Shown here one piece after another: positions 29,204 to 39,452 of a DNA stretch of 64,000 nucleotides. The stretch comes from an uncultured Lachnospiraceae bacterium (GTDB taxonomy: Bacteria > Bacillota > Clostridia > Lachnospirales > Lachnospiraceae), in assembly GCA_964571145.1 (NCBI GenBank), contig CAZNAP010000003.1:732-64731 (forward strand). Reading direction: 5' to 3'. Within the stretch, counting starts at the first letter, position 1. Each line of letters starts with the position of its first letter. Made by a program: the position numbers and the translations under genes. The notes under the pieces were generated by a model. The model saw only the letters and a list, made by a program, of their open reading frames with translations, ran no database searches and was not told the origin of the DNA.

Positions 29204-30583
29204 ATGTATCAAATTAATTTTAATCAACCGATTCATGTACATTTTATAGGCATAGGTGGCATTAGTATGAGCGGCCTGGCTGAAATACTTATTGAAAAGG
29301 GATTTCAGGTTTCCGGCTCGGATGCCAAAGCCTCTCCCATTACAGAACATTTGGCACAAAAGGGCATACAAATCTTTTACGGACAAAAAGGGGAGAATCT
29401 AAATTCCAATATTGATTTAGTAGTTTACACCAGTGCCATTCATCCCGACAATCCGGAATTTGTAGCCATGCAGGAACTGCAGCTTCCTTCTCTTACGCGG
29501 GCACAGCTCCTTGGACAGATTATGAAAAATTATGAGCTTCCAATTGCTATCAGTGGAACTCATGGCAAAACAACCACTACCTCTATGATTTCTGAAATTT
29601 TGTTAAAAGCAAACACCGATCCCACACTTACAATCGGAGGAATTCTAAAATCAATTGGCGGAAATGTCCGTATAGGCAATGACCGTTATTTTGTTGCAGA
29701 GGCCTGTGAATATACCAATAGCTTCTTAAGCTTTTATCCTAAGGTGGGAATCATTCTTAATGTAGAAGCAGACCACTTGGATTTCTTTAAGGATGTTGAA
29801 GATATTCGCCACTCATTCCACCTGTTTGCTGCTCTCTTGCCGGAAGACGGTACCTTGATTATTAATGGTGATATTCCAGGCATCGAAGAAATTACGAGTG
29901 GATTAAATTGTCACATCATTACTTATGGCAGCACATCAGCCTATGATTACTGGCCGGAGCAGATTGTTTATGATGAAAACGGACTCTCCAGCTTTACACT
30001 CAAACAAAAGAACGGTACCTGCAGAGAGTTTTCTTTAGGTGTTCCGGGAGAGTATAATGTTTACAATGCAATTGCTTCTATTATAGCAGCAGATGTATTT
30101 GATATTGAATCAAAAGTTATTTCCTCAGCGCTGGCTGATTTTCACGGAACAGACCGCCGTTTTGAATATAAAGGCGAAATCAACGGAATTACCATAATAG
30201 ATGATTATGCACATCATCCCACCGCTATTACTGCAACTTTAAAAGCTGCTGCCAATTACCCACACAAATCACTCTGGTGTGTCTTCCAGCCACATACTTA
30301 TACCCGTACCAAGGCTTTCCTTAAAGAGTTTGCACAGGCCTTGGCATTAGCAGACCATGTGATTTTATCGGACATTTATGCAGCCCGCGAAACTGATAAT
30401 TTGGGTATCAGTTCCCAAACTTTACAACAGGAAATTCAAGCCTTGGGGAAAAACTGTACTTACTTTCCCAGTTTTCGAGAAATAGAAAAATTTATTTTGG
30501 AAAATTGTACACCCGGTGACTTGTTGATAACTATGGGAGCCGGAGATGTCGTAAACATTGGCGAGAACCTTCTTAAAAAATAA
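29204..30583 (+). CDS. murC: UDP-N-acetylmuramate--L-alanine ligase
   Basis: GIGGISMSG, GTHGKTTT, EACEY, DDYAHHP and FQPH motifs. Confidence 0.95.
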   Translation: MYQINFNQPIHVHFIGIGGISMSGLAEILIEKGFQVSGSDAKASPITEHLAQKGIQIFYGQKGENLNSNIDLVVYTSAIHPDNPEFVAMQELQLPSLTRAQLLGQIMKNYELPIAISGTHGKTTTTSMISEILLKANTDPTLTIGGILKSIGGNVRIGNDRYFVAEACEYTNSFLSFYPKVGIILNVEADHLDFFKDVEDIRHSFHLFAALLPEDGTLIINGDIPGIEEITSGLNCHIITYGSTSAYDYWPEQIVYDENGLSSFTLKQKNGTCREFSLGVPGEYNVYNAIASIIAADVFDIESKVISSALADFHGTDRRFEYKGEINGITIIDDYAHHPTAITATLKAAANYPHKSLWCVFQPHTYTRTKAFLKEFAQALALADHVILSDIYAARETDNLGISSQTLQQEIQALGKNCTYFPSFREIEKFILENCTPGDLLITMGAGDVVNIGENLLKK

Positions 30584-30696
30584 TTATCCACAATATCCAC
30601 AATTTTTGAGGTCTAAAGTGACTTGGAAAACTGTGGATATTTTTTCTCATTTTCCAATGTTTTTATGCCTTTTCCACATTGTCCACATTGTCCACA
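30522..30696. promoter_or_regulatory. DnaA-box cluster
   Basis: TTATCCACA at 30584 (perfect), ATATCCACA 30593, reverse TGTGGATAT 30632, TTTTCCACA 30670, TTGTCCACA 30679 and 30688, reverse TGTTGATAA 30522. Confidence 0.8.
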
Positions 30697-30838
30697 AAAT
30701 GCGGAAAGCCTTGAAAATACTGGGCTTTCGGAAATTTTACTATTTTAATTTGAAGAAGGGTATGGTATAATTCATTTTGCTTTGATGAATCCATTTATTT
30801 GGATCGTGTAAATATAAATGAGGTCGGGTGATTGTCTT

Positions 30839-31897
30839 ATGAGTCGCTTTAAAATCTATCGGGATAACTATGCTGATGTTACTGTTGTGTCCAATTTGTT
30901 TATTGATGAATATATGAAGGACGCCAATGATGCACAGATGAAAATTTATCTTTACCTGTTGCGTATGATGAGTGCTGATTTAGCTACCAGCATTTCCGAT
31001 ATTGCGGACAAGTTTAATCACACGGAGAAAGATGTTATTCGTGCCCTGAAATACTGGGAGAAATATCGTCTGCTGGCATTGGAATATGATGATGCCAAGA
31101 ATCTGACCGGCATCAGACTGCTGGACTTATCCCAGCGTTCCGGTAAGGATGTGGTTTCTTTAGCACCCGTTGTAACTTTACCAACCAGAGCGGAACTAAC
31201 CAAGCCTGAACCTGTCGAACCTGATAAACCGGAATTTGTGAAACCCACCTACAGTCTGGATCAGCTGAAGGAATTCAAAAGTAATGAAGAGACCTCACAA
31301 ATTCTTTTTGTGGCCGAACAATATATTGGGAAACCCTTGAGTCCTGCGGAAATCAGAACAATTCTCTTTTTCACCGATCAACTGGGATTTTCCATAGATT
31401 TAATTGATTATTTAATCCAATATTGCGTAGATAAAGGTAAAAAGGATTTCAGATACATAGAAAAAGTGGCAATCAGTTGGGCGCAGGAGGGAATTTCCAC
31501 TCCCAAGCAAGCAGCTAAACTGGCTCATAAATATGACAAATCTGTTTATGACATTATGAAAGCACTGGGCAAAACCGGTGTGCCTACCAAAGCTGAAGCG
31601 GACTATGCAATTAAGTGGACCAAAGAATATGGTTTTACGCAGGATGTAATTGCAGAAGCCTGTACACGTACCGTTATGGCTACAGACAGCCATCGCTTTG
31701 AATATGCCGACAGAATTTTAAGCAGCTGGCAACGGAATAAAGTACATCATAAAAGTGATATTGCCCTGCTTGACGAAGCTTACCTGAAGACCAAAACAGC
31801 GCCAAAAGCTGCCGGTTCTTCTGCCGGACAATTTAATCAATTCATGCACAACAATTATGACTTTGCTGCTCTTGAGAAAGAAATTATCAGTAATTAA
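30839..31897 (+). CDS. DnaD domain protein (two DnaB_2 domains)
   Basis: VSNLFIDEYM, FRYIEKVAISW and FEYADRILSSW motifs; the ORF track starts at 30818. Confidence 0.8.
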   Translation: MSRFKIYRDNYADVTVVSNLFIDEYMKDANDAQMKIYLYLLRMMSADLATSISDIADKFNHTEKDVIRALKYWEKYRLLALEYDDAKNLTGIRLLDLSQRSGKDVVSLAPVVTLPTRAELTKPEPVEPDKPEFVKPTYSLDQLKEFKSNEETSQILFVAEQYIGKPLSPAEIRTILFFTDQLGFSIDLIDYLIQYCVDKGKKDFRYIEKVAISWAQEGISTPKQAAKLAHKYDKSVYDIMKALGKTGVPTKAEADYAIKWTKEYGFTQDVIAEACTRTVMATDSHRFEYADRILSSWQRNKVHHKSDIALLDEAYLKTKTAPKAAGSSAGQFNQFMHNNYDFAALEKEIISN

Positions 31898-31913
31898 GAT
31901 AAGGAGATAAACC

Positions 31914-32885
31914 GTGGCACTTAGTAATTCACAGTATAATGCTATCATACGCGACTATGAAGAACGACAGACACGTAATCGGCACTTGTTGGAGGAACGT
32001 ACCTCCTATGTATTTGAACATGTTGAAGGCTATCGGGAGCTTTCCGAATCTATAGCTGCCGTTTCTGTTTCACAGGGTAAGAAGCTGTTAGATGGCGACG
32101 AACATGCGTTGGAAGATTTACGACTTACGATTTCTAAGCTAACCTCTATGAAAAATCAATTGCTGACCGGTGCCGGCTTCGCCTCTGACTATCTGATGCC
32201 AGTTTATGATTGTCCTGATTGTCATGATACCGGCTATATAGATGGCCATAAATGCCACTGTTTTAAACAGGCTGTCATCAGCCTTCTCTATAAACAGTCT
32301 GGTATTCAAGAAATGCTTGAAAAAGAGAACTTTAATACCCTCACCTACGACTATTTTGAAGGTGAGGATTTGAGTCGTTTTCAAAATACCGTTGACGAAA
32401 GCAAAAAATTTTTAAAATCTTTTGATACAGACTACCGCAATTTGTTTTTTTATGGTACAGTTGGTACGGGCAAATCTTTCTTATCCGGCTGTATCGCCAA
32501 AGAATTGATTGAAAGCGGTCATTCTGTAATCTATTTCAGTGCATCCGGACTATTTGAAACTTTATCCAGAAATCTATTTGACTATAAGAACAAAGAGGAA
32601 TCCCGTAATTTTCATGAAGAATTATACGGTTGTGACCTCTTGATTATTGATGATTTGGGAACAGAATTCACAAACAACGTGGTGGTTTCGCAGCTTTTTT
32701 CATTGCTTAACGAACGCCATCTAAATCATAAATCAACGATAATATCCACAAATCTTTCTTTGGAGGATTTGCGTAACCGTTATTCAGAACGCGTTTTCAG
32801 TAGAATAACGAAACATTATACCCTTTGCTTATTTACCGGACCTGATGTCCGGATATTAACAAAAAGACTTCAAAACAGAAAGTGA
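31914..32885 (+). CDS. DnaC/DnaI-like helicase loader ATPase
   Basis: CPDCHDTG...CHC zinc site, GTVGTGKS Walker A, LLIIDDLGTE, STNLS and RYSERVFSR. Confidence 0.8.
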   Translation: MALSNSQYNAIIRDYEERQTRNRHLLEERTSYVFEHVEGYRELSESIAAVSVSQGKKLLDGDEHALEDLRLTISKLTSMKNQLLTGAGFASDYLMPVYDCPDCHDTGYIDGHKCHCFKQAVISLLYKQSGIQEMLEKENFNTLTYDYFEGEDLSRFQNTVDESKKFLKSFDTDYRNLFFYGTVGTGKSFLSGCIAKELIESGHSVIYFSASGLFETLSRNLFDYKNKEESRNFHEELYGCDLLIIDDLGTEFTNNVVVSQLFSLLNERHLNHKSTIISTNLSLEDLRNRYSERVFSRITKHYTLCLFTGPDVRILTKRLQNRK

Positions 32886-32894
32886 GGTAACTTC

Positions 32895-34085
32895 ATGGCC
32901 CAACGTGAAGAAACGCGGAATCTGGAGACCATACCTGTTGGTTCTCTCGGAATTATTCCTTTGGAGGGGTGCAAAACTCTTGGAGAGAAAGTAAATGATT
33001 ATCTGGTTGAGTGGAGAACCGTCCGCGAAAGTGAACACAAGGAAAGTCTGGCATTTTCCGGTTATCAGCGAGACTCCTATATTTTAAAGGCTAAAGTGCC
33101 CCGTTTTGGTTCCGGGGAAGCAAAAGGTATGATTTTGGAATCTGTAAGAGGTACTGATTTATATCTTTTGGTTGATGTAGCCAACTATTCTCTGACTTAT
33201 TCTCTTTGCGGACATGAAAATCACATGTCTCCCGACGATCACTATCAGGATTTAAAAAGAGTGATTGCTGCTGTAGGTGGCAAGGCAAGAAGAATTACCG
33301 TTATTATGCCTTATTTATATGAAAGCCGTCAGCATAAAAGAACTGCTCGTGAATCTTTAGACTGTGCTTTAGCACTTCAGGAAATGGTTCACATGGGCGT
33401 AGACAATATTATTACCTTTGATGCTCATGATCCCCGTGTTCAAAACGCAATTCCGTTACATGGATTTGAAACTGTTCAGCCGGCTTATCAATTTATTAAG
33501 GGATTATTGAAGCATGTGAAAGGACTTCAACTGGATTCAGACCACATGATGATTATCAGTCCCGATGAAGGTGGTATGAGTCGTGCTATCTATATTGCCA
33601 ATGTTCTTGGTTTGGATATGGGTATGTTCTACAAGAGACGTGATTACACCAAAGTAATTAATGGGCGTAATCCGATTGTTGCCCATGAATTCCTTGGTAC
33701 TTCTGTTGAAGGCAAGGATATGATTATTATTGACGATATGATTTCCTCAGGTGAAAGTGTATTGGAAGTAGCTTCCGCACTGAAAGAACGCAAGGCAAAT
33801 AAGATATTTATCTGTTCTACGTTTGGATTGTTTACAAATGGTCTGGATCGCTTTGATAAAGCGTATGAAAGTGGCTTAATTGACAGAGTTCTAACCACTA
33901 ATTTGATTTATCAGACTCCGGAGCTTCTGAATCGAGAATGGTATATTGACTGTGATATGAGTAAGTATATTGCTTATCTGATTGATACATTGAACCATGA
34001 CGCTTCAATTAGTGACCTTCTGAATCCCAATGACAGAATTCAGAAAGTCGTTTCCAAGTATCGCGCTGACGAAGAAATTGATTAG
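32895..34085 (+). CDS. prs: Ribose-phosphate pyrophosphokinase
   Basis: FGSGE, PYLYESRQ, SPDEGG and IIIDDMISSGES motifs. Confidence 0.9.
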   Translation: MAQREETRNLETIPVGSLGIIPLEGCKTLGEKVNDYLVEWRTVRESEHKESLAFSGYQRDSYILKAKVPRFGSGEAKGMILESVRGTDLYLLVDVANYSLTYSLCGHENHMSPDDHYQDLKRVIAAVGGKARRITVIMPYLYESRQHKRTARESLDCALALQEMVHMGVDNIITFDAHDPRVQNAIPLHGFETVQPAYQFIKGLLKHVKGLQLDSDHMMIISPDEGGMSRAIYIANVLGLDMGMFYKRRDYTKVINGRNPIVAHEFLGTSVEGKDMIIIDDMISSGESVLEVASALKERKANKIFICSTFGLFTNGLDRFDKAYESGLIDRVLTTNLIYQTPELLNREWYIDCDMSKYIAYLIDTLNHDASISDLLNPNDRIQKVVSKYRADEEID

Positions 34086-34087
34086 CT

Positions 34088-34104
34088 TAGTCACTCGGTG
34101 ACTA
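34088..34104. repeat. REP-like palindrome TAGTCAC-TCG-GTGACTA (best copy of a dispersed family)
   Basis: Perfect 7-bp stem between convergent genes; relatives at 25317, 29141, 37550, 44669 and 46258. Confidence 0.7.
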
Positions 34105-34133
34105 GACGAATCACAGATAACACAAATTTGAAT

Positions 34134-37100
34134 TTATTGCATGATGACAGCAGCTGTTTTATTCATAATATCAGCTGCTGTTCCTTTTTCAAAAATATCC
34201 TGTAAACCCACATATTCTACCGCACTGCAATACGGCACATAGGTAGGAAGTGCTGTTAACTGCATATACAGTTCTACAGCCTTATGTGGATCTTCAACGG
34301 ATATGGTAAATAAATCCAGACTGGATAAAGCAGAGGTCAGATAAGAAACATAATAGCAGGGATCACTAAACAGATGATTGACATTGCTCCAATCATACAA
34401 CTGAGTGATTTCCGGCACATAATAGATGCCATATTCTTCCGAAAGTTCTAAATAAAGTTCATTCATCTCCTGAATTGTCATATCTGGATTCTCATAAACC
34501 TCAATTTCAAATTCTGATATTTGTGCCACATCCACTACTGCCTGTGCCAATTGGAATATCTGGGCAAAAGCAAGCTGTTCTCCTGCTTCACCTGCTGCTA
34601 AATCATCATAATACTCATAAAACAGTAATTCCAACCCTTGTGAATGAATTTCCGCTACGTCCATATTCATATTGGTTTCAAGAATACTTTCCGTGCTTCG
34701 ATAGGTCTGATTATAATGTCCAAATTCGTGAATTGCTGTATGATAATCGCGGTAATCGCCTGTTGGCGATGCAAAAATAAATGCATCCTGATAATAAGGT
34801 AAATCAATTGTAAATCCCACATTGGCTTTGACATCCGAAAAAGCAATGTCATACATTTCATATTCCATCAGATGAGACAGACTTGCCCCTAACTCCGGGT
34901 CTATTTCATTCATATACGGCAGAATTGCAGCATACATCTCCTCATCCTCTAACACGGGAATGGTATATAATGGTGTCAAATCCATCTCTCGCAGTTCTGT
35001 TTCCATATCCGAAATTACAGGTACAATATCCTTTTTAATCATTTGGAACAGCTTCTTCACGTCCTCATAACTGTAATCTCTGACATAGAGTTCAGAATAT
35101 GCATATTCTGCATAATTATCGTACCCGCTTATTTGTGCCATTTCATTTCGAAGGGTCACTAACTCTAAAAAAATAGTTCCAAGTGCATCCGTTCGCTTTT
35201 GACCAATTCCTTGATAAATAGCGATGTAATCTGAGGGTTCCAGCGTCATGCCCACCATGTCGAGGTCCGCTGAATTCCATTCTTTACCCTGGTATTCAAA
35301 GATAAAATCTTCCCCGGCTGCCTGCTCGAATTCACGAGTCAGCTTATTTTCTTCTGCTTCTATCTCCAATTCACGTTCTGTTTTATCCTCATACTTGGCC
35401 ATTGATTCCACCAGATAGGGGTCCATTACCGTTTTCATGGTTTCCCGGTAAGGCGACTGGCATACCTGGCGAAGTGTACCGTAAGCATGATCCTGAATTG
35501 TAATACACATCTCCAGCAATTCTTGTTCCTTCAGTGTATTTTCCTCGCTATAAATATCCTGATAGTATTGAATACTGGCCAGAGAATAACACGTCGACAG
35601 TATGCTCAGTTCATCCGTCACCTTTGTATACAAATTTATCATTAGTTCCGGATCCGCCTGTTCTCCTGTTGCAACTGCATCAGCTGCCAACGTTTCCATC
35701 TGTTCTAAAAGTCCTGTAATCACCGTTTTGTCATATGTTAAATCATTCATTTCCGAGAAAGAAACATCTGCTTTCTTTCTGGTTTGATAAAAAGAAGTTG
35801 TCTGATACACATACAGCGTATAGGGAGAGCTGTCGTTTGTGTAAGTACCCACTAACTCAAGTCCCGTCTCCTGCGCATTACTCAGTTCAATTCTAGAGAA
35901 AATATAGCGTCCGCCCAGTGCCTTAAAGGCATCCAAATCAATATAAATATCGTTGTCAGTCACGTTATAGCTTCTGTATGCATTGACAATTGAAAGGTCG
36001 GTACCGGAATACAGATAGGCTCTGGCACCCCACTCATCATAATAAATTCGACTTTCTTCTACACGATCCAGTGCCGGTGCAATGACTTTACGAAACTCAT
36101 CTTTATATATCTGCGAATAAAATCCCAAATAGCCATCTAATGTAGCAATTCCATTGTATTCTAATATAGCAGGATAAAAGCCATAAGCCGCGGACCATTG
36201 CCCACAATAGCCAATGTCTTCTTTCGCTTCTTCAAATAATTCCTCGGAATAAAATTCTCCATAACTAAGCTGATCCACCTGTTTGTCTTTGACAATCGAA
36301 TACGCCTGCCCAAAACAGGTATGATACAAATCATTAAAGGTAGTATCGGACAAAACAATCAACAAGATGCTAGCTACTGCCAGCAGATTTGCCGCAACAG
36401 TCAGCAGCTTCCTGCCATTGTCATATAGTCTTTTTAAAACCAGAAAGAATGCCGCATACCAGACAAACGGGCTAAAAAAGACCGTTCTGTTAAACTGCCA
36501 ACCGGTGAGAGGTGGGCAAATCGTCTCCACCACTTGGCGAAAACCTTCCCAATAATAGATTCCATAAATCACACTGTTAAACACAAGCACCAGTGCCATT
36601 AAGTTAAACAAATCATGAAAAATACCCTTTAGATTTTTATGACGAATATAAGAAACATTCAAATAAATAAAATAAAAAATACACACAGGTAAAATCAACC
36701 ATGTATGCATACTTTCCGCATGAAACATGCCTTTTGTCAATACATCACCGATGGTTCGTATTATTTCTACGGCTGACATACTCCCTGCAACCATAGTAGA
36801 ACGAATGGTCACCTCGTCTCCAAACAGCATTAACCCGAAAAGTCTGTATTCACAGGCAATACAACCGGCAGAAAGCACCACAATCGCCAACAGATTTCTC
36901 CAAGGAATCTTTTTGTCCCTAATCCACAGCCAAATAAAAGCTACTACCATATAGGCTAAGATAAATAACCCAAAATAAGTGAAATAAGATAACAGAGGAT
37001 AAAAAAACAGTGCCACATACCACTTAGCTGCCGGTTGTCTATAAATCTTCAGAACCAGCCAAATCACAAGTGGAATAGAAGCAAAAGGAATGCCGAAAGC

Positions 37101-37523
37101 CGGAAATAAATTCAGAATCCCATAGGCCAAGCCAAGCAGATAAACCAAAGGTTTGTATTTGGAATATTGTTCTCCGTACAACTCCTTCGCCAATAGAATC
37201 ACAGAGCCTAATGCAATCAGTATTTTAAGAAAATATCCTGCAATATAAGCCCAATATGCAGGTAAAATCATATATAGCATTGTATATAAAGAAAACTCAG
37301 CAGGTAGACTGTCCCTGCTGATTCCACCCAGAAAAGGAACCCATTCTCCATGAGTCCAAAAGGTTCCCGTATCTTTCATCATTTGAAATTGGGGAATAAA
37401 GAGATCCAGATTATCATGAACCGCAATGATACTGTCTTCCCCGCTAAGAATAAAAACAAGACCTGCAAATACAATAAAACCAAATACAATCAATAAATAC
37501 CAGTTGGTAATCAGCTTTTTCAA
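34134..37523 (-). CDS. Multi-pass membrane protein (DUF6044/YfhO-like) fused to a C-terminal M3 oligoendopeptidase-like domain
   Basis: TTG start with GGAGG; about 10 TM segments, HDNLD and TLDGY motifs in the first ~575 aa; C-terminal GYDNYAEY, HEFGH and AEIHSQGLELL (M3 zinc ligands). Confidence 0.7.
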   Translation of the reverse strand: MKKLITNWYLLIVFGFIVFAGLVFILSGEDSIIAVHDNLDLFIPQFQMMKDTGTFWTHGEWVPFLGGISRDSLPAEFSLYTMLYMILPAYWAYIAGYFLKILIALGSVILLAKELYGEQYSKYKPLVYLLGLAYGILNLFPAFGIPFASIPLVIWLVLKIYRQPAAKWYVALFFYPLLSYFTYFGLFILAYMVVAFIWLWIRDKKIPWRNLLAIVVLSAGCIACEYRLFGLMLFGDEVTIRSTMVAGSMSAVEIIRTIGDVLTKGMFHAESMHTWLILPVCIFYFIYLNVSYIRHKNLKGIFHDLFNLMALVLVFNSVIYGIYYWEGFRQVVETICPPLTGWQFNRTVFFSPFVWYAAFFLVLKRLYDNGRKLLTVAANLLAVASILLIVLSDTTFNDLYHTCFGQAYSIVKDKQVDQLSYGEFYSEELFEEAKEDIGYCGQWSAAYGFYPAILEYNGIATLDGYLGFYSQIYKDEFRKVIAPALDRVEESRIYYDEWGARAYLYSGTDLSIVNAYRSYNVTDNDIYIDLDAFKALGGRYIFSRIELSNAQETGLELVGTYTNDSSPYTLYVYQTTSFYQTRKKADVSFSEMNDLTYDKTVITGLLEQMETLAADAVATGEQADPELMINLYTKVTDELSILSTCYSLASIQYYQDIYSEENTLKEQELLEMCITIQDHAYGTLRQVCQSPYRETMKTVMDPYLVESMAKYEDKTERELEIEAEENKLTREFEQAAGEDFIFEYQGKEWNSADLDMVGMTLEPSDYIAIYQGIGQKRTDALGTIFLELVTLRNEMAQISGYDNYAEYAYSELYVRDYSYEDVKKLFQMIKKDIVPVISDMETELREMDLTPLYTIPVLEDEEMYAAILPYMNEIDPELGASLSHLMEYEMYDIAFSDVKANVGFTIDLPYYQDAFIFASPTGDYRDYHTAIHEFGHYNQTYRSTESILETNMNMDVAEIHSQGLELLFYEYYDDLAAGEAGEQLAFAQIFQLAQAVVDVAQISEFEIEVYENPDMTIQEMNELYLELSEEYGIYYVPEITQLYDWSNVNHLFSDPCYYVSYLTSALSSLDLFTISVEDPHKAVELYMQLTALPTYVPYCSAVEYVGLQDIFEKGTAADIMNKTAAVIMQ

Positions 37524-37549
37524 ATAGAATCCTCCATGTCAGACTCTTT

Positions 37550-37583
37550 TAAGCACACGGTGCTTAGTCACTTGGGTGCTTAG
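37550..37583. repeat. Two adjacent REP-like palindromes
   Basis: TAAGCAC-ACG-GTGCTTA followed by TAGTCAC-TTGG-GTGCTTA. Confidence 0.55.
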
Positions 37584-38515
37584 CCCAGGCGATGTTCTTT
37601 CTCACAAACAAGCCCAAAGCGATATTCAAAGTCACGTCTGTTTTTCATAGCCATATTAGACAAAATAAGTCCTGCAAAGAAAGATTGAATCGCCGCCATT
37701 CCAATAAAACCACACACGATTAATGTAGGGAAACGCAGAACCAATCCTGTCAGCATATATTCAATAATGACCGGTATCACAAATATAACTGCTGCCGCAG
37801 CCAACAATAAGGCAAATATTCCAAAAAATCCAAACGGCTTGTAATCTCTGTAAAGACGGAAAATTGTGCCAAGCACACGCATTCCATCCACATAAGTGTT
37901 CAGCTTTGACACACTGCCTTCCGGCCTGTCGCGGTAATCCACGATTACATTGTCAATTTGCATATGGTTATAGACAGCGTGAATGGTCATTTCCGTTTCA
38001 ATTTCAAAACCGGCAGAAAGCACCGGGAAGGTTTTCACAAATCCATAGCTGAACGCACGAAAGCCTGTCATAATATCCTTGATTTTACAGCCGAAAAGTC
38101 GATTAATACTGGAGCGCACCAGTGAATTTCCCAAATTATGAAACGGACGCTTGTTTTCTTCAAAATAAGTAGAGGATAATCTGTCTCCGACTACCATATC
38201 CGCATTATAGGTCAAAACTTTGTCCACCATTTCAGGTGCAAATTCCATGGGATAGGTATCGTCTCCGTCTACCATAATATAACAATGTGCCTCTATTTCA
38301 CGGAACATTCTTCTGATGACATTCCCCTTACCCTGTACATATTCATGCTTGATGACGGCTCCTGCCTGCTCTGCAAGCTCTACCGTTCTATCTGTTGAAT
38401 TATTGTCATATACATAAACAACTGCTTCAGGTAAGGCTTTTTTTGCGTCCTCAATTACCTTTACAATCGTTTTTTCCTCATTATAACACGGAATTAATAC
38501 AGCGATTTTGTCCAT
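37580..38515 (-). CDS. GT2 polyprenyl-phosphate glycosyltransferase (GtrB/DPM1-like)
   Basis: LIPCYNEE, DNNSTD, GKG, VDGDDTY, GFEIETE motifs and two C-terminal TM helices. Confidence 0.85.
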   Translation of the reverse strand: MDKIAVLIPCYNEEKTIVKVIEDAKKALPEAVVYVYDNNSTDRTVELAEQAGAVIKHEYVQGKGNVIRRMFREIEAHCYIMVDGDDTYPMEFAPEMVDKVLTYNADMVVGDRLSSTYFEENKRPFHNLGNSLVRSSINRLFGCKIKDIMTGFRAFSYGFVKTFPVLSAGFEIETEMTIHAVYNHMQIDNVIVDYRDRPEGSVSKLNTYVDGMRVLGTIFRLYRDYKPFGFFGIFALLLAAAAVIFVIPVIIEYMLTGLVLRFPTLIVCGFIGMAAIQSFFAGLILSNMAMKNRRDFEYRFGLVCEKEHRLG

Positions 38516-38707
38516 AATGGCTCCTGCCTTTCTCCTTGGCTTGTCCGATTAATAACATCTTGATTTTCACATTCTACTATAACAAATATTTAATCTATCG
38601 TCAAAAATTGTTCGTTGCGAAACCAATGCACCTGTTATATACTAGATAAGAATCGTTTGTCGGTTATTGACGAATAATACTATTATATAGAAAAGGAACG
38701 TGACTTT

Positions 38708-39442
38708 ATGATTCGATTTATTAGTGTCTTAATATTCGTTATTTTATTCTTGATTCTCAGTATTCCTCTTCTGATAGCGGAATGGATCATCGGTAAATTT
38801 AATATGGATTTAAAGAATAAAAGTTCACTAGCGATTGTCAACTGGGCTTTTCGTGTATGCCTGTTTTTCTCAGGAACGAAAATTACAGTTTTGGGAGAAG
38901 ACAATGTACCCAAGGATCAGGCTGTTTTATATGTTGGAAATCATCGCAGTTATTTTGATATATTGTTGACTTACGTGCGCGTGCCCAGACCCACCGGTTA
39001 CATTGCAAAAAAGGAAATGCTCCGCTATCCGCTTCTGGTCAACTGGATGAAAAATCTTCATTGCCTTTTTCTGGATCGACAAGATATTAAACAAGGCTTA
39101 AAGACAATTTTGACAGCTATAGAGAAAATTAAATCAGGTATTTCCATTTGTATCTTTCCGGAAGGGACCCGCAACAGAACCAATGATACTTTCATGGAAT
39201 TTCATGAAGGCAGTTTTAAAGTTGCAGAGAAAACCGGCTGTCCCATTATTCCTATGACCATTAACAATTCCGCAGATATTTTCGAAGACCACCTTCCAAA
39301 AATTCGCAAAACACATGTGGTAATCGAATACGGAAAACCCATTTACTTAAGTGACTTGTCTAAAGAAGACCGTAAACGGGCAGGCGCTTATACCTTGAAT
39401 ATCATTAAAGAAACTTACTTTAAAAACAAAGAATTGGTATAG
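38708..39442 (+). CDS. plsC: 1-acyl-sn-glycerol-3-phosphate acyltransferase
   Basis: NHRSYFD and FPEGTR motifs. Confidence 0.85.
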   Translation: MIRFISVLIFVILFLILSIPLLIAEWIIGKFNMDLKNKSSLAIVNWAFRVCLFFSGTKITVLGEDNVPKDQAVLYVGNHRSYFDILLTYVRVPRPTGYIAKKEMLRYPLLVNWMKNLHCLFLDRQDIKQGLKTILTAIEKIKSGISICIFPEGTRNRTNDTFMEFHEGSFKVAEKTGCPIIPMTINNSADIFEDHLPKIRKTHVVIEYGKPIYLSDLSKEDRKRAGAYTLNIIKETYFKNKELV

Positions 39443-39452
39443 GCTTAAGCGC

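Noticed and set aside
30522-30731. Primary oriC
   Set aside because: No dnaA, dnaN, rpmH or gyrB neighbours; kept only as a DnaA-box cluster.
30839-32885. dnaD/dnaC-like pair as a prophage or IS21 (IstB) module
   Set aside because: No integrase, transposase or phage genes nearby; it sits between housekeeping murC and prs.
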